DNA of 64,000 nucleotides from an uncultured Bacilli bacterium (GTDB lineage Bacteria; Bacillota_I; Bacilli_A; RF39; UBA660): NCBI GenBank assembly GCA_934096945.1, contig CAKOND010000002.1, positions 45,975 to 109,974 of the forward strand, read 5' to 3'. Shown piece by piece: positions 57,107 to 64,000 of this stretch (position 1 is its first letter; each line of letters starts with the position of its first letter). The notes under the pieces were generated by a model. It saw only the letters and a program-made list of their open reading frames with translations, ran no database searches and was not told where the DNA came from. The position numbers and the translations under genes were made by a program.

Positions 57107-57661
57107 TTAAATTTCTCGCATTTTTTTTGCATCTTTATAAGGATCTTTAGGGTCTATTTTATCTACGAATAATATACCATTTAGATGGTCTATTTCATGT
57201 TGGAAAGCAACTGCTAAATCTTCACGAGCACGCATTGTTTTCTTATTTCCTTCATAGTCATAGTATTCAATTGTTATTCTTGCATGTCTTGGAACAATTC
57301 CTTCAACTTCACGATTAACACTTAAACATCCTTCACCTTCACCTACATAAATAAGTTCTTCGCTTTGACTAATAATCTTAGGATTAATTATAATATATTC
57401 TTCAAATGTTCCTTTTTCTTCAAGTTCATTAGCTATTACAAATATTCTTCTTAAATGTCCCATTTGTACAAAAGCCATTCCCATACCAGCACGAAGATTA
57501 TATTTTTCAGCTATTTTTTCATTTTGGCTCATTTCTAGGTATTTTATTGTATCTTCAGCAAGTTTTCTATCTTCCTTACTTATTGGAAAAGTAACATCTT
57601 TACTTACTTCATGTAATATTTTATGTTTTTCATCTAATATTTTTATATTTGGTAATTTCAT
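57107..57661 (-). CDS. def: peptide deformylase
   Basis: GMGMAFVQ, EGCLS and HEIDHL motifs. Confidence 0.95.
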   Translation of the reverse strand: MKLPNIKILDEKHKILHEVSKDVTFPISKEDRKLAEDTIKYLEMSQNEKIAEKYNLRAGMGMAFVQMGHLRRIFVIANELEEKGTFEEYIIINPKIISQSEELIYVGEGEGCLSVNREVEGIVPRHARITIEYYDYEGNKKTMRAREDLAVAFQHEIDHLNGILFVDKIDPKDPYKDAKKMREI

Positions 57662-57836
57662 ACTTCTTCACCTGAAACATAGTATATCAAATTTTTACTA
57701 AAATTGCAAAAGTTCCCGAATAATTTTTGTAATTTCTAAAAAAATAAAAAAATTTAAGGTTCATGACAAATTTCGACATGAAACGCAATCCGAATGTGGT
57801 AGGATAGAAATCGTTTCTATGAAAGGGGGTGCGATT

Positions 57837-58697
57837 ATGCCAGTAGAAACAAAAGAATTTATATGGCTCACTAATGATTTGGTATTTAAATATGTTTTTA
57901 GTCATGAAGAGATTTTAATGGATTTCTTAAATTCTTATCTTGAGTTTGTCGGTTCTGATTTAAGGATTTTAAATGCTCACATTACACCACAGAAATATGT
58001 TCAAAATGACCATATTAAACTCCATGATTGTTATCTTGATATATGTGTAGTTTTATCAAATAGAGAAATTATAAATATAGAGATGTATAATAATTTTGGA
58101 ATGCCAGAATGTAAAAAGAGTTTAACTTACGCATCAATGCTATATTCACATCAGCTTAAGAAAAAAGAACCATATGAAAATGCCAAAAAAGTAACAAGTT
58201 TAAATATTATGAGAGGCAATTTTAATGAAAAAAATAATAGTTTATTAAATAAGTATGAGTTAATTAATTTAAAGAATCATAAAAAATTACTTGAAGATGG
58301 TTTAGAAATGTTGTTACTCAGACTTGACATTTTGGATAAAGAAGAGTATTCTAAAGATAAATTAAGATGCATAAGGTGGCTAAAATTTATGAATGTAAAA
58401 AGTTATGAAGAAGCAGAAGAATTAGCGAAGGGAGATAAGTATTTAATGAGCACAGTTGAAATGGTAAGAGATTTTGTAAGTGATCCAGAGATCAGAAGTT
58501 TGTTTGACAGAGATAAACTAAAAGAAGAATCAGCAGAGCTACGAGGCAAAGAGGCTGGAATTAAAGAAGGATTAATTGAAGGCAAAAATCTTGGAATAAT
58601 TGAAACAGCCAAGAATATGTTAAAGGAAAAATATTCTTTGGAACAAATAAGTAAGATTACAAATTTATCAACTTCTGAGATTAAAAAATTATTGTAG
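57837..58697 (+). CDS. Rpn-family (PDDEXK_2, YhgA-like) recombination-promoting nuclease / putative transposase
   Basis: N-terminal LTNDLVFKYVFS, plus the typical C-terminal repeat GIKEGLIEGKNLGIIETAKNML..K..LEQISKITNLS..EI. Confidence 0.75.
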   Translation: MPVETKEFIWLTNDLVFKYVFSHEEILMDFLNSYLEFVGSDLRILNAHITPQKYVQNDHIKLHDCYLDICVVLSNREIINIEMYNNFGMPECKKSLTYASMLYSHQLKKKEPYENAKKVTSLNIMRGNFNEKNNSLLNKYELINLKNHKKLLEDGLEMLLLRLDILDKEEYSKDKLRCIRWLKFMNVKSYEEAEELAKGDKYLMSTVEMVRDFVSDPEIRSLFDRDKLKEESAELRGKEAGIKEGLIEGKNLGIIETAKNMLKEKYSLEQISKITNLSTSEIKKLL

Positions 58698-58789
58698 TTA
58701 TAAAGATAGAGAGAAATCTCTATCTTATTTAATTAACAAAAAAGGAAATGAGTTTAAGCATTTCCTTTTTACTATATATCTAGTATTAA

Positions 58790-58975
58790 TTAGTTATTAT
58801 TGTTATTCCAGCTCCAGCCAGCACCTAAAATGATTACTAAAAGAATAAATAATACAATCCAGATAGCTGCACCAATACCATAACCACTAGTATATCCAGC
58901 ATATGTAGGGGCACCGCATGCTGATTGTGCACCGTATCCTCCGCCATAATAGCCAGTATTTCCATAATAATACAT
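58790..58975 (-). CDS. YjcZ-like tiny Gly/Tyr-rich sporulation membrane protein
   Basis: GYYGGGYG...AAIWIVLFILLVIILGA. Confidence 0.6.
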   Translation of the reverse strand: MYYYGNTGYYGGGYGAQSACGAPTYAGYTSGYGIGAAIWIVLFILLVIILGAGWSWNNNNN

Positions 58976-59108
58976 AATATACCTCCTTTTTGTATCTATT
59001 ATAATTTATTATAAATGACGATTTTTTGACATTAAAATAACCCAAGTTTTTAAAAAAATATTTAATTTTGTGATAAATGATGGTACTATTAGTATAGGAG
59101 AGAAAGTT

Positions 59109-60266
59109 ATGCGTAGATTATTTTCAAAAATGGATATACCATTATTTATAATGGTTGTTTTATATATTTCACTTGGTTTAGTAATGATTTATAGTGCTTC
59201 AAGTATAACTGCTGTTGTGCGTTATGGCTATGCACCATATCACTTTTTTATAAGACAAACGCTTTTTGTCATCGCAGCATTTTTAATTGGTATGACTATA
59301 GTTATTAGATTTCCAACGAGAAACTATGCCGCACTTGCATGGCCATTAGTATTTTTACTTATTGGTTCTTTGGCACTTTTATTTGTTAAAGGTAAAATTG
59401 CAGGTGGTGCTATAAGTTGGTATGATTTAAAATTCTTTAAAATTCAACCTAGTGAATTTGCTAAATCCATATTAGTTGTATTTATGGCAGTGTATTATAA
59501 TAGTTTACATTATAAAAAAATTAAAAATATATATGCTTATTTTGTACCACTCGCATTTGCTTTAATTATTATAGGACTTGTATTTATGCAACCAGATTTA
59601 GGTAGTGCTGCGATTATTGCAGGTATAGTATTTCTAACATTTATAAGTATTCCTGTTGTTCAAAGCAATATTATGAAGTTTATTAAAATTATTGCTGTTG
59701 GTTGTATTATTGCGAGTATAGCTATTTTATATTCTGGAGATAGTATTTTAAGTAGTATTCAAAAGGGAAGACTTAATTTTAAAAATCCATGTTCAAGATA
59801 TACTGAAACAACTGGTTACCAAGTTTGTAATGGCTTTATTGCTATTAATAATGGTGGTTTATTTGGTGTGGGATTAGGTAATTCAACGCAAAAATATTTA
59901 TATTTACCAGAAGCTCATACAGACTTTATATTTCCAATAATTGTGGAAGAACTAGGACTTGTAACAGGTATTTTAATTGTACTTGGTTATGCTTATATTT
60001 TAGCAAGAATACTAAGAATTGCTAAACATTCAGAAAATCTTAGATGTTCAATTTTAGCTTATGGAACGTTTTGGTATTTTACCCTTCATATATTAGTAAA
60101 TTTACTTGGGGTCTTAGCATTAATACCACTTACTGGAGTACCTCTTCCATTTCTTAGTTATGGTGGTTCATTTACAGTTAATGCCATAATAATGTTTTTT
60201 GTGGTTGAGAGAGTTAATATTGAAAATAAAACAAATCGAACAAAAAAAGAAATAAAGGCATTATAA
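59109..60266 (+). CDS. FtsW/RodA/SpoVE-family peptidoglycan glycosyltransferase
   Basis: SEDS pattern: ten TM segments, QPSEFAK, HTDFIF, PLPFLSYGGS. Confidence 0.9.
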   Translation: MRRLFSKMDIPLFIMVVLYISLGLVMIYSASSITAVVRYGYAPYHFFIRQTLFVIAAFLIGMTIVIRFPTRNYAALAWPLVFLLIGSLALLFVKGKIAGGAISWYDLKFFKIQPSEFAKSILVVFMAVYYNSLHYKKIKNIYAYFVPLAFALIIIGLVFMQPDLGSAAIIAGIVFLTFISIPVVQSNIMKFIKIIAVGCIIASIAILYSGDSILSSIQKGRLNFKNPCSRYTETTGYQVCNGFIAINNGGLFGVGLGNSTQKYLYLPEAHTDFIFPIIVEELGLVTGILIVLGYAYILARILRIAKHSENLRCSILAYGTFWYFTLHILVNLLGVLALIPLTGVPLPFLSYGGSFTVNAIIMFFVVERVNIENKTNRTKKEIKAL

Positions 60267-60308
60267 AATAAATGGGGTGTAAAATGAGATATAAGAAAAC
60301 GCAAAAAT

Positions 60309-60756
60309 ATTATTATTTTGTTTTTATTCATCTTTTTTCAAATGGAAATGGAAGATGTGCTAGATTTTGGGTAACATTAATGCTAATAAATTATTATAAA
60401 ATTTTGAATTTATACCACTAGAAGAGGAAATATATTTAAATCAAGAAAACTACTACTTAGCTATAGCAGAATGTCATAATAATGGAAATGCAAATGTATT
60501 TATAAAGTTTATTTTACAGACAATTAATTCATCATTAGATAAATTGATAAAAAATAGTAATTTTGTTTGTAATGATATTCAAAATAAAATTATAGAACTA
60601 ATAGCAAATAATAATAGAATTACACAAAATGAAATAGCCAATATAACTAATGTTAATGTAAGAACTATTAAAAGAAATTTTAAAATATTAATAGATAATT
60701 TAATAATTGAAAGAATTGGTTCTGACAAAGCAGGATATTGGCAAATACTAAAATAA
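60309..60756 (+). pseudogene. truncated, frameshifted copy of the C-terminal half of the Fic gene at 61461
   Basis: Homology starts inside the Fic motif (IHLFSNGNGRCARFW). There is a 1-nt deletion near 60395 relative to 62065. Only the terminal wHTH part (ORF 60544..60756) remains open. Confidence 0.8.
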
Positions 60757-61055
60757 CTATTAAACAGGATAAAGAAATTGGTAGCACCACTATAATTAAT
60801 ATTTTATAAATAAAAGATTTATAGTGTTGTCATTTCTTATTTTGCACTTGCAAAATTGAGTTAAAATATGGAAGAACTCTACCATACTTTCGATTTATCC
60901 CTTTTAATTAACGGGTTTGCAAGGTTCTATTTTACTTCCAACTGTTGGATATATACTAGAAATGTTGGATGAATCTTGGATGTTTTAATTTAGTAATAAA
61001 ATTTACCAAAATGATGGTATAATTATATATAGAAGTGATAGATAAATAGTAATTT
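60309..61055 (+). repeat. segmental duplication, copy 1 (about 0.75 kb)
   Basis: Aligns along its length with 61981..62717, with scattered substitutions and small indels. Confidence 0.9.
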
Positions 61056-61401
61056 ACTGAAACAGAGGTACCATTATGAATTAAGAAATAAAAAAATGAC
61101 ATGATAAAATTGTAAAATTGGTTTTCTGACCAACAAAGACCTGGAAAAACGGTAAAGATTTAATATACAAATTCTTTTGAAGATGAAGATAACATAAAAA
61201 GGGCTCCTTTACATAACAAAAAAATCAATCATTTCTGATTGATTTAATCATTAACATCGCTTTGGTGCGACGATTTTTGCTTCTGGAGCCATAAAGGTTG
61301 AAGTCGGACAACCTTTAATTATCTAAATTATAGGTAGTAATAAACTACTAACTGATATAAGTATGCCATGAAAATACAAATATAGTACAAAATATATAAA
61401 T

Positions 61402-61425
61402 ACAGTGACATTTACAGTGACATTT
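61402..61425 (+). repeat. tandem 12-nt direct repeat (ACAGTGACATTT x2) in the fic promoter region
   Basis: Two perfect adjacent copies lie 36 nt upstream of the GTG start. Confidence 0.8.
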
Positions 61426-61460
61426 GTGATATACTTTTATTAGTACGAGGAGTGATATAG

Positions 61461-62429
61461 GTGAAATTATTTGATGAAATAAAACCAGTGTTTTTTATTG
61501 ACAATAAAATGAATAATATATTAAATGATATAAATGTTAAACTTAAAAAAATAAATGTTAATGATAAGCAAAAAAGAAAATATATGATTTCAAAATCTAA
61601 AATAAGGTCAATTCATTCTTCACTTGCAATTGAAGCTAATTCATTATCTTTATTTGATGTAGAAAGTATATCAGAAAACAAACTAATATTAGGTAAAAAA
61701 GATGAAGTACAAGAAGTAAAAAATGCAATTGAAGCATATAATCATATAAATGAATATAATTATAAAAGTGAAAATGATTTATTAAAGTTACACGGGTTAA
61801 TGATGAAATACTTTGATGAAGATAATGGTAATTATAGAAATCATGGTGAAGAAGTAAAAAAAGAAGATGAAATAATATATATGGCTCCTGAATCCATTTT
61901 AGTTCCACCTTTAATGAAAAGTTTATTTGAATATATAAGTAGTAGTGATTTAAATATTATTATTTTATCTGCAATTTTTCATTATTATTTTGTTTTTATT
62001 CATCCTTTTTCAGATGGAAACGGAAGATGTGCTAGATTTTGGGTAACATTAATGCTAATAAATTATGATAAAAATTTTGAATTTATACCACTAGAAGAGG
62101 AAATATACTTAAATCAAGAAAACTACTACTTAGCTATAGCAGAATGTCATAATAATGGAAATGCAAATGTATTTATAAAGTTTATTTTACAGACAATTAA
62201 TTCATCATTAGATAAATTGATAAAAAACAGTAATTTTGTTTGTAATGATATTCAAAATAAAATTATAGAACTAATAGCAAATAATAATAGAATTACACAA
62301 AATGAAATAGCCAATATAACTAATGTTAATGTAAGAACTATTAAAAGGAATTTTAAAATATTAATACATAATTTAATAATTGAAAGAATTGGTTCTGACA
62401 AAGCAGGATATTGGCAAATACTAAAATAA
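61461..62429 (+). CDS. Fic-family protein with C-terminal winged-HTH
   Basis: Canonical HPFSDGNGRCAR. C-terminal ...RITQNEIANITNVNVRTIKRNFK. GTG start after AGGAG. Confidence 0.85.
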   Translation: MKLFDEIKPVFFIDNKMNNILNDINVKLKKINVNDKQKRKYMISKSKIRSIHSSLAIEANSLSLFDVESISENKLILGKKDEVQEVKNAIEAYNHINEYNYKSENDLLKLHGLMMKYFDEDNGNYRNHGEEVKKEDEIIYMAPESILVPPLMKSLFEYISSSDLNIIILSAIFHYYFVFIHPFSDGNGRCARFWVTLMLINYDKNFEFIPLEEEIYLNQENYYLAIAECHNNGNANVFIKFILQTINSSLDKLIKNSNFVCNDIQNKIIELIANNNRITQNEIANITNVNVRTIKRNFKILIHNLIIERIGSDKAGYWQILK

Positions 62430-62717
62430 CTATTAAAAAGGATAAAGGAATTGATAGCACCATACTAATTTACCTTTTATAAATAAAGGATTTATAGTGC
62501 GATCATTTCTTATTTTGCACTTGCAAAATTGAGTTAAAATATAGAAGAACTCTACCACACTTTCGATTTATCACTTTTAATTAACGGGTTTGCAAGGTTC
62601 TATTTTACTTCCAACTGTTGGATATGCTGAATAAATCTTGGATGTTTTAATTTAATAATAAAATTTACCAAAATTATGGTATAATTGTATATAGAAGTGA
62701 TAGATAAATAGTAATTT
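61981..62717 (+). repeat. segmental duplication, copy 2
   Basis: See 60309..61055. Confidence 0.9.
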
Positions 62718-62733
62718 GTCGAGGAGGTTTAAA

Positions 62734-63201
62734 ATGAAAAACGAAAATAATATTTGTATAAATGCTACAACATTTGAAATTGCAGAAATAGAAAATAGTT
62801 TTATTGTTAGTAAAAAATTAGGAAAAACCATATCAATATTAAATAAAAAAGGCTATTATACTGAATCGTGTTGCAAAGCGACTTTATCTAAACCACTTAT
62901 AATTTCTAATATAATACATAATTTAATAGAAGAAAAATTAATAGAAGTCAATGAATATACAACTGAAAAGATAAGGAAAATAATTGATATGAGTGATTTT
63001 GAATCAACAATAATAATTTTTAAAAAAAATTATGAATTTAAAAATTTACCAAATGGTTTTAAACTTATAGGTAAGGACTTATATTATAATTTAAAAATAT
63101 TAAAAGACGGCCCAAATATTAAGTTTAAATCATTAGTAGAATTAGATAAAGAAAACGAAGAAAGTTTAAAATTATTAGAGAAATGGGCAAACAACTTATA
63201 A
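62734..63201 (+). CDS. hypothetical protein
   Basis: ATG 62734 follows GAGGAGG. No family recognised. Confidence 0.55.
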   Translation: MKNENNICINATTFEIAEIENSFIVSKKLGKTISILNKKGYYTESCCKATLSKPLIISNIIHNLIEEKLIEVNEYTTEKIRKIIDMSDFESTIIIFKKNYEFKNLPNGFKLIGKDLYYNLKILKDGPNIKFKSLVELDKENEESLKLLEKWANNL

Positions 63202-63242
63202 GATAGAAATAACAAATTGCAATTTGAAAGTGATATGATATT

Positions 63243-64000
63243 GTGGAAATATTAGAGTATGGAAATCCAAAACAAGATAAAATTATCTTAATACATGGAT
63301 TTGAAAGTCCATATCAAATATGGGATGACTATGTAAAATATTATAAAAATGATTATTGAGTAATTGTTCCTATTTTGACAGGACACAACGTCAATGAAAA
63401 TACAGATTTCGAATCGTCTGAAATCTGTGTTAAAGAATTAGAAGATTATTATATTTCAAAATATGGGAATAGAGTTTTTGCTGTTTATGGTATGAGTATG
63501 GGTGGAGTTTTTGCTAGTATATTATGGCAAAATGGAAATATTAAAATTGATAAATTGATAAATTGATAATGGAAAGATCTCCTCGTTTAGGGCTTGAAAA
63601 TTTTATGATAAAAATATTAACAATACAATATTTAATAATTACTCATAAAGCACAAGCAAGAGATAAAAAAACTGTAAGAGGAGCAGTTAATTCAATGGTT
63701 ACTGAAGATAAATTAGATATTTTTATGGAACTATTGGATCATATATCTGATACCACTATTACTAACTATATTAGAGAAATTGGAAAGCATAAATTACCAA
63801 GTAACACAGATACACCAGAAACAGAAATATATTATTTATATGGTGGTAAAATTAACGAAATATTATTTAAAAAGGTTGTAAAGTTTTTAGAAAGAAACCA
63901 TCAAAATGCTAACACTATGTGTTTAAGTGGAAAAGGACATTGTGAAGATGCACTTTTAAATCCCAATGAACATATAAAAGTGTTAAATAGAGTTTTAAAA
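63243..64000 (+). pseudogene. alpha/beta-hydrolase pseudogene (runs off window)
   Basis: IILIHGF and the GMSMGG nucleophile elbow are present. There is an in-frame TGA at 63357 and an 8-nt tandem duplication gataaatt (63549..63564) that shifts the frame. The C-terminal part stays open in the shifted frame to nt 64000. Confidence 0.75.

Noticed and set aside
57687-57905. A 72-aa minus-strand ORF in the def/Rpn intergenic region.
   Set aside because: It overlaps the Rpn gene start and the promoter region, has no SD, and gives a low-complexity translation.
61257-61330. A short Cys-containing minus-strand peptide frame (…KGCPTSTFMAPEAKIVAPKRC) ahead of a good minus-strand terminator hairpin (61231-61256). 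It could be a RiPP precursor or a gene remnant.
   Set aside because: Only 23 codons are open, with no start codon or SD and no neighbouring maturation genes. I cannot support a call, and it is probably the 3' stump of a lost gene.
63357-63359. In-frame TGA in the hydrolase gene as a possible sign of genetic code 4 (TGA read as Trp).
   Set aside because: TGA ends many well-supported genes here, including the ATGA-coupled stops at 3142, 4767, 6314, 33306 and 35234. The window therefore uses the standard code, and this TGA is a nonsense lesion.

Overview
This is an AT-rich segment (roughly 28-30% G+C by eye) from an endospore-forming low-GC Firmicute that uses the standard code; TGA clearly acts as a stop. 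Sporulation markers are spoVS, yqfC/yqfD, cotJ, spoIIAA-sigF-spoVAC/D/E and a yjcZ-like gene. The backbone is housekeeping: sufB, perR-rbr, T-box-serS, miaB, ybeY-dgkA-era-yqzL-recO, tdk, glyQS, sepF-divIVA, ftsY-ylxM, a dac gene, trmL, ftsK, recA, def and ftsW/rodA. There are nine tRNA genes. Accessory or unusual patches interrupt this backbone. (1) 1.6-8.2 kb holds four ATGA-coupled paralogous genes, each built from 10-14 tandem 26-residue single-Cys repeats, which I cannot place in a characterised family. (2) A tRNA-Thr(UGU) gene inside a tRNA operon is split by a 241-nt group I intron. (3) A 5.9-kb seven-gene operon sits between glyQS and sepF, bracketed by 97-bp direct repeats. It encodes an NT5C-type nucleotidase, a radical SAM enzyme, a maleate-isomerase-like protein, an HhH-GPD glycosylase-fold protein, a Tmk-like kinase, a PfkB plus P-loop fusion and a MazG-like protein. 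(4) A solitary, apparently leaderless MvaI/BcnI-family endonuclease gene lies next to the tRNA cluster. (5) A surface-protein gene has a 3' end with sharply elevated G+C, abutting a collapsed IS remnant. (6) The spoIIA operon lacks spoIIAB. (7) The region from 60.3 to 64 kb is decaying: a Fic-gene segmental duplication and a triple-hit hydrolase pseudogene. No CRISPR array or rRNA was seen. All family assignments come from motif recognition by eye, not from searches.
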